This document shows, in pieces, positions 30,516 to 43,784 of a stretch of DNA of 64,000 nt (positions within the stretch are counted from its first letter, which is position 1; every line of letters begins with the position of its first letter). The notes below the pieces were generated by a model, which worked only from the letters and a program-made list of their open reading frames with translations, had not been told where the DNA came from and ran no database searches. Location of the stretch: NCBI GenBank assembly GCA_963825525.1, contig CAWGTN010000002.1, positions 1,344,001 to 1,408,000 on the forward strand, in the 5' to 3' direction. Made by a program: the position numbers and the translations under genes. This DNA is from an uncultured Chloroflexia bacterium (GTDB lineage Bacteria > Chloroflexota > Limnocylindria > QHBO01).

Positions 30516-33036
30516 CGAGACCCAAGACATTCCCGAGGCAGCGGCCAGCGAGGAGAACGGTGCCGACCTGGAGCGAGTCCAGGTCCTGCCCCTCGTCGCC
30601 CTGCGTGACACGGTCATCTTCCCGGAGATGATCGTGCCCCTCCAGGTCGGCCGCGACCGCAGCGTCAAGGCGCTGGATCGCGCTGTTCGCACCTCGCAGC
30701 CGGTGGCCCTGGTGACCCAGCGCTCGAGTGAGCAGGAAGAGATCACCAGCGCCGACGAGCTGTATCCGATCGGCACCCTGGCCAAGATCGCCCAGGTCAT
30801 CCGCCTGCAGGACGGCACCATCCGGGCCATCGTCCAGGGACAGCGCCGGATTCGACTGCTCGACCTGGTCCAGAGCGAGCCGCATCTCGAGGCACGCGTC
30901 GAGGTGATCGACGACGTCGAGGAGAAGACCCTCGAGGTCGAGGCTCTCATGGCCTCCATCCATGCCCAGATCGAGCAGTACGTCAGCAGCGGGGCATCGG
31001 TGCCGCCCGAGGTGGCGGTCGCGGCGCGCAACATCAGCGACGGCGGCCTGCTGGCCGACATGACGGCGTACAGCCCGGACATGAGCACGGAGCAGCGGCA
31101 GGAGCTGCTGGAGACCGTCAACGTGGCCGACCGGCTTCGGCTGGCCAGCCAGTTCCTGGCCAAGCAGATCGAGGTCCTGGAGCTCAAGGGCCGTATTCAG
31201 AGCGAGGTCAAGTCCGAGATGGACAAGACCCAGCGCGAGTACATCCTGCGCGAGCAGATGAAGGCCATCCAGAAGGAGCTCGGCGAGGACGATCCCGCGG
31301 TCGCCGAAGCCAGCGAGCTGCGTGAGCGCGTCGAGCAGTCGGCGATGCCCGAGGAGGTCAAGGAGCGCGCCCTCAAGGAGGTCGACCGCCTCAGCCGGAT
31401 TCCCAGTGCCAGCCCGGAGCAGGGCGTCATTCGCACGTACGTCGACTGGCTCGTGAGCCTGCCGTGGGGCATCGAGACCGATGACAACCTGGACCTCGAG
31501 GACGCCGAGAAGATCCTCAACGAGGATCATTGGGGCCTGGAGAAGCCGAAGGAGCGGATCGTCGAGTACATGGCCGTGCGCAAGCTGGCCGAGAAGATCC
31601 GATCCCCCATCCTGCTGTTCGTCGGGCCGCCCGGCGTCGGCAAGACGAGCCTCGGCAAGAGCATCGCTCGGGCCATGGGCCGCAAGTTCGTGCGGATGAG
31701 CCTGGGCGGTATCCACGACGAGGCCGAGATCCGCGGACATCGGCGCACCTACATCGGGGCGCTGCCGGGCCGCGTGATGCAGAACATCAAGACGGCGGGA
31801 TCGGCGAATCCGGTGTTCATGCTCGACGAGATCGACAAGGTCGGCATGGACTTCCGCGGCGATCCGTCATCGGCCCTGCTCGAGGTGCTCGATCCGGAGC
31901 AGAACAACACCTTCGCGGACAACTACCTCGAGGTGCCGTTCGACCTGAGCAAGGTGCTCTTCATCGCGACAGCGAACATGCTCGACACCATTCCGGCCGC
32001 GCTGCGTGACCGGATGGAGGTCATCCAGCTTCCCGGCTACACCCAGCTGGAGCGGGTAAGGATCGCCGAGCGATTCCTGGTGCCGAAGCAGCTGGAGAAC
32101 CACGGGCTGACCGAGGACAACCTGAAGTTCGAGGAGAGCGCGCTGGTTCGCCTCATCCAGGCGTTCACGCGTGAGGCCGGGGTTCGAAATCTCGAGCGCG
32201 AGATCGCCAACGTCGCGCGCAAGGTTGCGCGTCGGGTCGCGAGCGACGCGACGACCAAGGTCGTGGTCAAGCCGGAGGATCTCGAGGAGTACCTCGGGCC
32301 GGGCCGCTTCGAATACGGCGAGCTCGAGGCCGAGGACCAGATCGGAATGGTCACCGGGCTCGTGGTCAGCGACGCGGGCGGCGACATCGTCCAGGTCGAG
32401 GCCACCCGCATGGACGGAAAGGACGACTTCCTGCTCACCGGCCAGCTGGGCGACGTGATGAAGGAGTCGGCGCGTGCCGGGATGAGCTACATCCGGGCCC
32501 GCACCAAGGAGCTCGGGATCGATCCCGGGGCCTTCGAGAAGAGCACGGTCCACATCCACGTCCCCGCGGGCGCGACGCCCAAGGATGGACCGAGTGCCGG
32601 CGTGACCATGGCGACCGCCATGGCCAGCCTGCTGACGGGCAAGCCGGTGCGGCGTGACCTGGCCATGACGGGCGAGATCACGCTTCGCGGCCGGGTCCTG
32701 CCGATCGGCGGCCTGAAGTCCAAGCTGCTCGCCGCGCACCTGGCGGGCGTGAAGACGGTGCTCATCCCGAAGCGGAACGAGAAGGACCTGGTTGACGTGC
32801 CCGACGAGGTTCGGCAGCAGCTCCGCATCGTTCCGGTCGAGAACATGGACCAGGTGCTGGCCGAGGCGCTCATCGATGCGCCGCGGTCGGCGGCCCGGAT
32901 CAAGGCGGAGCGGGACGAGCGTCAGCAGCGCGTCGCGCGACGTCCTCGACGGCCGCGCAAGCGAGCTGGAGATGCGCCGATCCCGGCCAGCGGCGACCAG
33001 CCGTCAGACCAGCCGCCGGCCGGCCAGCCCGCCTAG
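30505..33036 (+). CDS. lon: ATP-dependent protease La
   Basis: [27 protein letters not shown]. Confidence 0.97.
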   Translation: MATDETQDIPEAAASEENGADLERVQVLPLVALRDTVIFPEMIVPLQVGRDRSVKALDRAVRTSQPVALVTQRSSEQEEITSADELYPIGTLAKIAQVIRLQDGTIRAIVQGQRRIRLLDLVQSEPHLEARVEVIDDVEEKTLEVEALMASIHAQIEQYVSSGASVPPEVAVAARNISDGGLLADMTAYSPDMSTEQRQELLETVNVADRLRLASQFLAKQIEVLELKGRIQSEVKSEMDKTQREYILREQMKAIQKELGEDDPAVAEASELRERVEQSAMPEEVKERALKEVDRLSRIPSASPEQGVIRTYVDWLVSLPWGIETDDNLDLEDAEKILNEDHWGLEKPKERIVEYMAVRKLAEKIRSPILLFVGPPGVGKTSLGKSIARAMGRKFVRMSLGGIHDEAEIRGHRRTYIGALPGRVMQNIKTAGSANPVFMLDEIDKVGMDFRGDPSSALLEVLDPEQNNTFADNYLEVPFDLSKVLFIATANMLDTIPAALRDRMEVIQLPGYTQLERVRIAERFLVPKQLENHGLTEDNLKFEESALVRLIQAFTREAGVRNLEREIANVARKVARRVASDATTKVVVKPEDLEEYLGPGRFEYGELEAEDQIGMVTGLVVSDAGGDIVQVEATRMDGKDDFLLTGQLGDVMKESARAGMSYIRARTKELGIDPGAFEKSTVHIHVPAGATPKDGPSAGVTMATAMASLLTGKPVRRDLAMTGEITLRGRVLPIGGLKSKLLAAHLAGVKTVLIPKRNEKDLVDVPDEVRQQLRIVPVENMDQVLAEALIDAPRSAARIKAERDERQQRVARRPRRPRKRAGDAPIPASGDQPSDQPPAGQPA

Positions 33037-33071
33037 GGTCCCGATGTCACCGGGGCGGCGCACCGCGCCCT

Positions 33072-33138
33072 GCTCGATAGATCGAGCCGGATTCACGGGA
33101 GACGTGGATCCGGCTCACTTCCCTCGATCCATCGAGCC
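33072..33138. repeat. Half-unit of the CGA-N4-TCG repeat family
   Basis: CTCGATAGATCGAG (core 33075) and CTCGATCCATCGAG (core 33125), 50 nt apart. Confidence 0.65.
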
Positions 33139-33163
33139 GCCCGATCGACCGGGACGCTGACCC

Positions 33164-34123
33164 ATGGACTACAAGGACTACTACGCGATCCTCGGCATCC
33201 CGAAGACGGCGACCCAGGCCGAGATCAAGAAGGCGTACCGCAAGCTGGCTCGTGAGCTTCACCCCGACACGAACAAGGATCCGGGGGCCGAGAAGCGGTT
33301 CAAGGAGGCGAACGAGGCACATGCCGTCCTCGCCGATCCCGAGAAGCGCAAGCAGTACGACGAGCTCGGAGCGAACTGGCAGGCCTACCAGAACACCGGG
33401 TACGGCTCGGGCGGTTCGTCCGACTGGGCCGGCTTCGGAGGCGCCCCGGGCGGCACGCGCTGGACGTATCGATCGGCGTCGCCCGATGAGATGGGCGGGT
33501 TCAGCGACTTCTTCCGCCAGTTCTTCGCCGGCGGGGCGACCGGTGCGTCCGGCGGCTCCCCGTTCGGATCGGCCGGCGGATTCGTGGACCTGGGTGGCAG
33601 CGCCCGAGCGCGATCGATTCCATCGGCACAGGCGACCGCGGAGGTGACCCTGGCCGAGGTCGTGACCGGTGCCGAACGGATGGTCAACGTGAACGGCAGG
33701 CGCCTTCACGTCAAGATTCCCGCCGGCGTCAGCGACGGCTCGAAGGTCAAGCTGAGCGGCGCCCTCGACGGCGGTGATCTCGTCATCAACGTCAAGGTCC
33801 AACCCGATGCGCGCTTCCAGCGAGACGGCACCGAGCTTCGGGTGGACGTTCCGCTGACGTTGTCCGAGGCCCTGCTCGGCGCCGAGATTCCCGTCCCGAC
33901 GCCGACCGGCAGCGTCAAGCTCCGCATCCGCCCCAACACCCAGAACGGCCAGGAGATCCGGGTCAAGAACCGCGGCCTGCCCAAGCGCGGATCGGCGCAG
34001 AAGGGCGACCTCGTGGTGACCACCCGCGTCGTCCTGCCCAAGCTCAGCGACGAGGCACGGGATCGACTCGCCGAGGTCCTGGCCACGGAGCCGCAGCCCG
34101 ACCCTCGAGGTTCACGATCGTGA
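33164..34123 (+). CDS. DnaJ-class (CbpA-like, no Zn finger) co-chaperone
   Basis: J domain with HPD, G/F region, FSDFF, DnaJ C-terminal domain. Confidence 0.93.
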   Translation: MDYKDYYAILGIPKTATQAEIKKAYRKLARELHPDTNKDPGAEKRFKEANEAHAVLADPEKRKQYDELGANWQAYQNTGYGSGGSSDWAGFGGAPGGTRWTYRSASPDEMGGFSDFFRQFFAGGATGASGGSPFGSAGGFVDLGGSARARSIPSAQATAEVTLAEVVTGAERMVNVNGRRLHVKIPAGVSDGSKVKLSGALDGGDLVINVKVQPDARFQRDGTELRVDVPLTLSEALLGAEIPVPTPTGSVKLRIRPNTQNGQEIRVKNRGLPKRGSAQKGDLVVTTRVVLPKLSDEARDRLAEVLATEPQPDPRGSRS

Positions 34124-34320
34124 CCGCGCTCGGACTGACTCACCACTGGGACTACCGGCCAGTTCTTGGCCGATTTCCCCGCGCTGGGGACGAACAGCGA
34201 GGCAGAAGGGCGCAACCTGGCCGTTTCTCGCTCGCCCGTGGGAAATCCGGCCACCGGGTGGCCGTTGGTCCCACCACAGGGACAGCGCTATCGGGGCGGA
34301 GGGGCAACGGTGCAAACGCC

Positions 34321-36981
<2,661 letters not shown>

Positions 36982-37011
36982 TCGGCCCGGTGGTTCCGCG
37001 CGCGATCGTGC

Positions 37012-37200
37012 GTGGCCGTCGATAGATCGCGGGAAATACGCGCGGAGCGCCCACTACGCGCGGAAGCTTCGATATATCGAGCGGCTTCGCGCGTGAGGTG
37101 CGCGGGGGCGTGACCTTCACGAGCGGGACCCATCGATAAATCGAACAAAGCGCACGCAGATCGTCGGCTGCGTGCAGTTCCCGCCGATCAATCGAGAGAT
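37012..37200. repeat. Four-palindrome repeat unit (50/64/51)
   Basis: CGA-N4-TCG cores at 37020, 37070, 37134, 37185. Confidence 0.8.
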
Positions 37201-37376
37201 CGGCGGAACAACCCCGACGAGGTGCCATCCCCGCAGCCCAGGTTGGCCGATGTGGTGCACCCACGCACTCATCTCGCCGGTTGGAGCGACCCATCAAGCG
37301 GCAGACGGGGTAGGATTTGATTCCCTCACCGGCCCGCCGGAGCGTGGCCCAATCCCCTGGCAAGGAGATTTCCTCA

Positions 37377-39185
37377 GTGACCCGATCCCCCCGTCTTCGA
37401 CGTCTCGCGGCGCTCGGGACTGCGATGGCCATGATCATGACCATGGCCGTACCCGCTGCCCTCGCGAAGAATCCGAAGCCCCCGATCGACATCCAGATCC
37501 TGGGACTCAACGACTTCCACGGTCAGCTCGAAGCCGTTCCTGCGACCTCCACCTCCGGCGCCCGCATCGGCGCGCTCCAGGGAACGTTCCCCAACCAGAC
37601 CTGCATTCCCGGCGGGACGCCGAACTGCATTCCGGCCGGTGGCGTCGAGTACCTCGCGACCCACGTGGACCAGCTTCGTGCCACGAACCCGAACACGGTG
37701 TTCGTCTCGGCCGGTGACCTGATCGGCGCGACGCCGCTGCTGTCCGCGCTCTTCCACGACGAGCCCAGCATCGAGGCCATGAACCTCATGGGCCTCGACT
37801 ACAACGGCGTGGGCAACCACGAGTTCGACGAGGGCATCTCCGAGCTGCTGCGCGTGGCCTATGGCGACGAGAGCGCCAAGGGATACACCCCGGCGCGAGC
37901 GGATGGCTGCCATCCGGTTGACGGCTGCGGCGACGGCGACGGCTACGCCGGCGCGAACTTCCCCTTCCTGGCGGCCAACGTCGTCTACAAGGCCAGTGGC
38001 AAGACCATCTTCCCGCCGTACGCCGTCCACAACTTCCCCGGTGGCGTGAAGGTCGCGTTCGTGGGTATGACCCTCGAGGGGACGCCGCTGATCGTCTCAC
38101 CCGACGGCATCTCGTCCGTGAACTTCCTCGATGAGGCCGAGTCGGTCAACGCGCTCGTCCCGCATCTTCAGCGACGCGGCGTCGAGGCCATCGTGGTCCT
38201 GCTTCACGAGGGCGGCAGCGTGGCCGCGTCCGGCAACGGAGCCGGAAGCGTCAGCACCATCAACAGCTGCACGAACCCGACCGGCGCAATCCCGGAGATC
38301 GTGCCGATGATGGATGACGCCATCGACATCGTGATCACCGGCCACACGAACTGGGCCGTGAACTGCCTCATCGACGGCAAGGTGGTGACCGGTGCTGCGT
38401 CGCAGGGTCGCCTGATCACCGACATCGACGCCAGCATCGACCGCAAGAGCGGCGACTTCGTGCCGGGCTCGATCACCGTCAACAACCGGATCGTCACCCG
38501 AGACGTGGCTCCGGCTCCCGCGCTCACCAACCTGATCGCGGAGTACAACGTCGTCGCTGCGCCGATCGCGAACGTCGTCGTTGGCGAGACCACGGCACCG
38601 TTGGACCGAACGACGGCTCCCGGCGGCGACTCGTCTCTCGGACGCCTGATTGCCGATGCACAGCTGGCATCGGCGCAGGCTGCCGGCACCGGCTCGCAGT
38701 TCGCGCTCATGAATCCGGGTGGCATCCGCGCCAACCTGGATGCGGGTGACATCACCCACGGCGAGGCGTTCAGCGTTCAGCCGTTCAGCAACATCCTCAC
38801 CACCATGACGTTGACCGGTGCGCAGATCGACACCGTGCTCGAGCAGCAGTTCACTGTGAACAGCGGATCGAGCATCGGGAATGCTCGCACCACCATCCTC
38901 CAGGTGTCCGATGGCTTCACCTACACGTGGGACGCATCGGCACCCGGCGGCAGCAAGGTGGATCCGAGCTCGATCAAGCTCAACGGTGTCACGCTGAACC
39001 CGGCATCCTCGTACACGTTCACCGTGAACAACTTCCTTGCCACCGGTGGCGATGACTTCCCGGCACTCACGCTGGGAACGAATCTCATCACCGGCGCGGA
39101 CGACCTGGTTGCCCTCGAGGCGTACCTAACGGCGAACGACCCGTACACGCCGATCGCGACGTCGAGGATCACCCGGCTGAACTGA
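37377..39185 (+). CDS. Secreted bifunctional metallophosphatase / 5'-nucleotidase
   Basis: Signal peptide; NDFHG, AGD, GNHEFD, GHT, NPGGIR, QPF.N. Confidence 0.93.
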   Translation: MTRSPRLRRLAALGTAMAMIMTMAVPAALAKNPKPPIDIQILGLNDFHGQLEAVPATSTSGARIGALQGTFPNQTCIPGGTPNCIPAGGVEYLATHVDQLRATNPNTVFVSAGDLIGATPLLSALFHDEPSIEAMNLMGLDYNGVGNHEFDEGISELLRVAYGDESAKGYTPARADGCHPVDGCGDGDGYAGANFPFLAANVVYKASGKTIFPPYAVHNFPGGVKVAFVGMTLEGTPLIVSPDGISSVNFLDEAESVNALVPHLQRRGVEAIVVLLHEGGSVAASGNGAGSVSTINSCTNPTGAIPEIVPMMDDAIDIVITGHTNWAVNCLIDGKVVTGAASQGRLITDIDASIDRKSGDFVPGSITVNNRIVTRDVAPAPALTNLIAEYNVVAAPIANVVVGETTAPLDRTTAPGGDSSLGRLIADAQLASAQAAGTGSQFALMNPGGIRANLDAGDITHGEAFSVQPFSNILTTMTLTGAQIDTVLEQQFTVNSGSSIGNARTTILQVSDGFTYTWDASAPGGSKVDPSSIKLNGVTLNPASSYTFTVNNFLATGGDDFPALTLGTNLITGADDLVALEAYLTANDPYTPIATSRITRLN

Positions 39186-39205
39186 CAACCGTCAGTCATC
39201 ACGTG

Positions 39206-39235
39206 AAGGGCCGGCCCACAGGGGCCGGCCCTTTG
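39206..39235 (+). terminator. Intrinsic terminator
   Basis: AAGGGCCGGCCC...GGGCCGGCCCTTT. Confidence 0.75.
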
Positions 39236-39269
39236 CACGTCCGTCGCCGGTCGGGCCGGGCCGCGGTTC

Positions 39270-39460
39270 CGGCCCATCGATTTGTCGAGTGGAATGCCGC
39301 GGGAACCCTCCAGCTGAGTGCTGAATCCCCGATCTATCGAGTCATCGTGAGCGTGAGGGGCCCGTGGACGTGCTGGTTACGCTCAGGGTCTGCCGATATA
39401 TCGAGGGATCGACACGCAGATCATCGGCTGCGTGAAAATCCCCGCGATATATCGAAAAGC
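39270..39460. repeat. Four-palindrome repeat unit (52/64/51)
   Basis: Cores at 39278, 39330, 39394, 39445; shares hairpin CACGCAGATC(G/A)TCGGCTGCGTG with the 37.1-kb unit. Confidence 0.8.
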
Positions 39461-39489
39461 CGCGAGAGAGCACCGACCACGCGGCCGCC

Positions 39490-39906
39490 TCAGCGATGCT
39501 TGCGGCGTCGCCCGGCGGGAGTCGGCTTGGGACGCTCACGCTCCGTCCGCCGGGGAGGCGGGACGAATCGGCGGCGCCGAATCTCGTCGTTCGCGGCCGC
39601 GATGCGCGCCGGGAATCGGACGAAGGTGGCGTGGGCCGCGAATCCCATCCCGGTCAGCACGATGATGAGCTGCAGGATGAACGGGACGCCGATGACCACG
39701 AGGAGCGGGATGACGCCCCAGGTCACGATGATCGGCCAGAAGATCCACTCGTGGAGGGCAAGCAGCTCGGGATATCGCCGATAGCGGCGCCCCGCCACGT
39801 TGTAGACCACGATGGCGCCGATGGAGATCAGGATCCCGGCCACCCACATGAGGGTGAAGAGATCGGGATACGTCGACGGAGTGAAGGGATCGGTGAGGAC
39901 GTTCAT
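39490..39906 (-). CDS. Hypothetical membrane protein
   Basis: 138 aa, three TM helices, basic tail. Confidence 0.7.
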   Translation of the reverse strand: MNVLTDPFTPSTYPDLFTLMWVAGILISIGAIVVYNVAGRRYRRYPELLALHEWIFWPIIVTWGVIPLLVVIGVPFILQLIIVLTGMGFAAHATFVRFPARIAAANDEIRRRRFVPPPRRTERERPKPTPAGRRRKHR

Positions 39907-40010
39907 CGGCCGCGGAGTCTAGCATGGCTCCGCCGTCCGACGGCCCGGGCGTCGCTATACTTCACGTCCCCCGAGCTTCTCAGACCACGCACGCACCACG
40001 AGGACGTTGA

Positions 40011-41558
40011 TTGCGCGCCCTGCTCTCCGTCAGTGACCGAGAAGGCATCGTCGAGCTCGCGAGGGGCCTGCTCGATGCCGGGACCGAATGTTTCGCCACC
40101 GATGGGACCCGGGCCCACCTCGAGGAAGCCGGCCTGGAGGGAATCCGACCCGTCTCCGAGCTGACGGAGACGAACGAGATCCTCGGCGGCCGCGTCAAGA
40201 CCCTCCATCCCAACATCTTCGCCGGCCTCCTGGCGCGCAGGGATCAGCCCGATCATCTCGCGCAGCTGGCGGAGCATGGCATCGAGCTGATCGACATCGT
40301 GGTCGTGAACCTCTACCCCTTCGCCCAGACCATTCGGCAGGCGGGGACCAGCCTGGACCAGGCGCTCGAGAAGATCGACATCGGCGGTGTCGCCCTCCTG
40401 AGGGCCGCCGCCAAGAACTTCCCTGGCGTCGCCGCCGTCAGCACGCCCACCCAGTACGCATCGGTCCTGCGCGACGTGAAGACCCAGGGCAGCGTGAGCC
40501 CGGAGACGCGGCAGAAACTGGCCGGTGAGGCGTTCGCCATGACCGCCGCCTACGACGCGCAGATCGCGAGCTATCTCAACGTCAGCGCCGGCCAGGTCTT
40601 CCCGAGCCGCTTGACCATGGTCGTCGAGAAGAAGGCCGACCTGCGCTACGGCGAGAACCCGCACCAGCTCGGCGCGTTCTACACGGACCCGGCCCACTCC
40701 GGCGGCAGTATCAGCGCCGCGCACCAGATCGCCGGCAAGGACCTCAGCTTCAACAACCTGCTGGACCTCGATGCCGCGTGGACCATCGCCAGCGACTTCA
40801 AGACGCCGGCCATCTCCATCGTCAAGCACGGGAATCCGTGCGGCCTGGCCAGCGTGGTGGACCTTGCCGAGGCATTCCGCCTGGCGCTCGAGGGTGACAG
40901 TGTGAGCGCGTACGGCGGCGTCATCGGCTCCAACCGGACGATCGACGAGGCGGCGGCCCGCGCCATCCGCCCCGGCTTCTTCGAGGCCATCGTCGCGCCC
41001 GGCTACACGCCCGAGGCGCTCGAAATCCTGCGCACCAAGCGCGGCTTCGAGATCGTCGAGGTCCCACCGGCGGAGGATGACTCCGATGAGCTTGGCATCG
41101 GCAAGTTCGACTTCAAGCGCATCGGCGGAGGCGTGCTGGTCCAGACCATCGACAACCTGGAGGAGGATCGGGACACGCTCCAGCCGGTGACCCAGCGACG
41201 CCCCACCCTCGAGGAGCTCACCGACCTGCTGTTCGCCTGGCGGGCCGTGCGCCACGTGAAGTCGAACGCGATCGTGCTGGCCAAGAAGCACGCCATGGTC
41301 GGCATGGGCGCCGGGCAGCCGAGCCGCGTCGTCAGCGTCGAGGTCGCCCTCCGCAAGGCCGGCGAGCGTGCCCCGCTCTCCGTCATGGCATCGGACGCCT
41401 ACTTCCCGTTCCCGGACGGCATCCAGATCGCGGCCCAGGCCGGCGTGACCGCCATCATCCAGCCCGGCGGATCCATCCGGGACGAGATGGCAATCGAGGT
41501 GGCCGACCGTCACCATATGGCGATGGTCTTCACCGGCCGGCGCCACTTCAAGCATTGA
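40011..41558 (+). CDS. purH: AICAR transformylase / IMP cyclohydrolase
   Basis: ALLSVSD, GRVKTLHP, IDIGG, LRYGENPHQ, KSNAI, SDAYFPF. Confidence 0.97.
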   Translation: MRALLSVSDREGIVELARGLLDAGTECFATDGTRAHLEEAGLEGIRPVSELTETNEILGGRVKTLHPNIFAGLLARRDQPDHLAQLAEHGIELIDIVVVNLYPFAQTIRQAGTSLDQALEKIDIGGVALLRAAAKNFPGVAAVSTPTQYASVLRDVKTQGSVSPETRQKLAGEAFAMTAAYDAQIASYLNVSAGQVFPSRLTMVVEKKADLRYGENPHQLGAFYTDPAHSGGSISAAHQIAGKDLSFNNLLDLDAAWTIASDFKTPAISIVKHGNPCGLASVVDLAEAFRLALEGDSVSAYGGVIGSNRTIDEAAARAIRPGFFEAIVAPGYTPEALEILRTKRGFEIVEVPPAEDDSDELGIGKFDFKRIGGGVLVQTIDNLEEDRDTLQPVTQRRPTLEELTDLLFAWRAVRHVKSNAIVLAKKHAMVGMGAGQPSRVVSVEVALRKAGERAPLSVMASDAYFPFPDGIQIAAQAGVTAIIQPGGSIRDEMAIEVADRHHMAMVFTGRRHFKH

Positions 41559-41562
41559 GCCG

Positions 41563-42558
41563 ATGAACCCGAGAGCCCCCGTCGACAAGATCATCATCGC
41601 CGAGGCGATCCGCGCCACCGAGGCCGGGGCCATCGCCGCCGCGCGCCTCATGGGCCGCGGTGACCGCGACGGCGCCGACCAGGCGGCCGTGACCGCCATG
41701 CGCAAGGCCATGGACGACGCCGACATCAGCGGCACCATCGTCATCGGCGAGGGCGAGCGCGACTCGGCGCCGATGCTCTACATCGGCGAGAAGGTCGGCA
41801 ACCCGGACGCGGCAATGTCGGTGGACATCGCGGTGGATCCGCTGGAGGGCACGAACCTGGTGGCCACCGGATCGGCCAATGCAACCGCGGTGCTGGCCGC
41901 GGCAGAGCCGGGCGGCCTGATGCACGCGCCGGACACCTACCTCCAGAAGCTCATCGTGGGGCCGATGGCTGCCGGTCACGTGGACATCAACGACCCGATC
42001 GCCACCACCCTGAACACCATCGCCGAGCGGCTGGGACGCGACGTGTGGGACCTGACCGTCGTGATCCTCGAGCGGGAGCGGCACGAGGAGCTCATCGCCG
42101 AGGTCCGCGCGGCCGGCGCCCGCATCAAGCTCATCGGCGACGGAGACCTGACCGCGGCGATCAGCGTGGCGGTGTCGGGCACCGGCGTGCACGCCGTGAT
42201 CGGCACCGGCGGCGCTCCGGAGGGCGTGCTGTCGGCGGCGGCCCTCAAGTGCCTGGGCGGCGAGATCCAGGCCAAGTTCCGATGGCGATCGGACGAGGAG
42301 AAGGAGCGCGCCCGCAAGATGGGCGTGGACGTGGACGACACGGAACGCGTGTACTGGACCGATGACCTGGCATCTGGAGATCACGTGGTCTTCTGTGCCA
42401 CCGGCGTGACCGATGGCGAGCTCCTGCGCGGCGTCCGCTTCTTCGGCGGCGGCGCGCGCACCCATTCCCTGATGCTCAGCTACCAGGGCGGCCTGGTGCG
42501 CTTCATCGACACTGTCCACATGTGGGACCCGGGCAACCCGCCGAAGGTGCGCCTTTAG
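41563..42558 (+). CDS. glpX: Class II fructose-1,6-bisphosphatase
   Basis: VIGEGERD.APML, DPLEGT, GGAPEGV, ATGVTDG. Confidence 0.96.
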   Translation: MNPRAPVDKIIIAEAIRATEAGAIAAARLMGRGDRDGADQAAVTAMRKAMDDADISGTIVIGEGERDSAPMLYIGEKVGNPDAAMSVDIAVDPLEGTNLVATGSANATAVLAAAEPGGLMHAPDTYLQKLIVGPMAAGHVDINDPIATTLNTIAERLGRDVWDLTVVILERERHEELIAEVRAAGARIKLIGDGDLTAAISVAVSGTGVHAVIGTGGAPEGVLSAAALKCLGGEIQAKFRWRSDEEKERARKMGVDVDDTERVYWTDDLASGDHVVFCATGVTDGELLRGVRFFGGGARTHSLMLSYQGGLVRFIDTVHMWDPGNPPKVRL

Positions 42559-42562
42559 CGGC

Positions 42563-43066
42563 TCATTCGGAGGTGATCCGGACGGAAGGGCCGATGGAAC
42601 TCACGTCAATCTCCAGCCTCAGACCGGCAACGACTCCCGTTGCGTCGCTCGCCAGCCGCTGGCCCATCCATTCGCGAACCGCATCGGCCTGCTCGCCGGA
42701 GCCGAGGATGTCCGGCACGGTGCCGGCGAGGAATCCCCTCGCCAGATCCAACTGACGTTCTGGGTCGTCCACATCCGAGAGGTCGGTCGATGCGAGGATC
42801 TCTCGGACGCCGGCCGCGTCTCCGGTGAACTGGACGTGATACGTGCCCTCCCCGACCTGCGACATGTCCACGGTGCATCGCACTGACTGCGCTCCGGCGG
42901 GCTCTGCCCCCGGGGAGTCGCAGGTAAAGCTGTGCTCGGCCCAGAAGGCGCCAGCCTCGTCCATTGAAAGCGGAAGGGGATCGCCTAAGGGAACGACGCT
43001 CGCGGGGGGAGGCATGGGCGCGCATGCCGCGAGTAGCAGTGCCGCGAGCGCAAAGACATATCTCAC
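42563..43066 (-). CDS. Hypothetical lipoprotein
   Basis: GTG start, signal RYVFALAALLLAAC with lipobox. Confidence 0.65.
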   Translation of the reverse strand: MRYVFALAALLLAACAPMPPPASVVPLGDPLPLSMDEAGAFWAEHSFTCDSPGAEPAGAQSVRCTVDMSQVGEGTYHVQFTGDAAGVREILASTDLSDVDDPERQLDLARGFLAGTVPDILGSGEQADAVREWMGQRLASDATGVVAGLRLEIDVSSIGPSVRITSE

Positions 43067-43107
43067 CGGATCACTCCAGTCGGCCTGCGTCCCGCGTGGT
43101 TCCGGGG

Positions 43108-43650
43108 TCAGCTCAGGCCGGCGGCCGACCTCGGGTCCGACCAGTCTGGACCGCCGACACGCAGGACTTCCTGATTCGCCACGGTGGCGAGCAGGTCGGC
43201 GACCGATACCTCGACCCGCAGGTCCGAGCAGTTCCGCCACGGAAGCAGGTTCGGATCAAGCTCGGCAATCGGCTCCAGCGCGAATCGCCGCTCGTGGAGT
43301 CGTGGGTGCGGCACGATCAGGTCGTGCTCGGTATCGGTCACGCACAGGCCGTCGAAGCTGAGGATGTCCAGGTCGATGACGCGCGGGCCCCATCGGCGAC
43401 CCTGGGGATCGCGACCCAGGGCCAGCTCGAGGCGCTTGAGCTCCCGCAGGAGTTCGATCGGCGACAGATCGGTCTGCAACTCGAGGGCGGCGTTCAGGAA
43501 TCGCGGCTGATCGAGCGAGTCTCGCGGAGCACTGTCGTAAAGCGAAGAGACACTGGCCACCAGGCCGTGTCCCCGCAGCTCGGCCACCGCGGCACGGAAT
43601 GCCACGGCAGGCTCACCCAGGTTTCCACCAAGTCCGATAAAGGCGCGCAC
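43108..43650 (-). CDS. folK: 6-hydroxymethyl-7,8-dihydropterin pyrophosphokinase
   Basis: IGLGGNLG, FLNA, RWGPRVIDLDIL, PHPRLHERRF. Confidence 0.93.
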   Translation of the reverse strand: MRAFIGLGGNLGEPAVAFRAAVAELRGHGLVASVSSLYDSAPRDSLDQPRFLNAALELQTDLSPIELLRELKRLELALGRDPQGRRWGPRVIDLDILSFDGLCVTDTEHDLIVPHPRLHERRFALEPIAELDPNLLPWRNCSDLRVEVSVADLLATVANQEVLRVGGPDWSDPRSAAGLS

Positions 43651-43784
43651 AGTGCCCGCACTCTAGCCGATTCCCGGTAATGGTCCGATAATCGCGCGGC
43701 GCTACGGTCACTCGAACACCGAGGCGCTCGCCGCGGGGGGCGCGACGACGACATCGGCATCTCTTCGCACAGGAGACCGGTGGA

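Noticed and set aside
37344-37360. TGGCCCAATCCCCTGG as a sigma-54 promoter for the nucleotidase
   Set aside because: No GC dinucleotide at the required -12 spacing.
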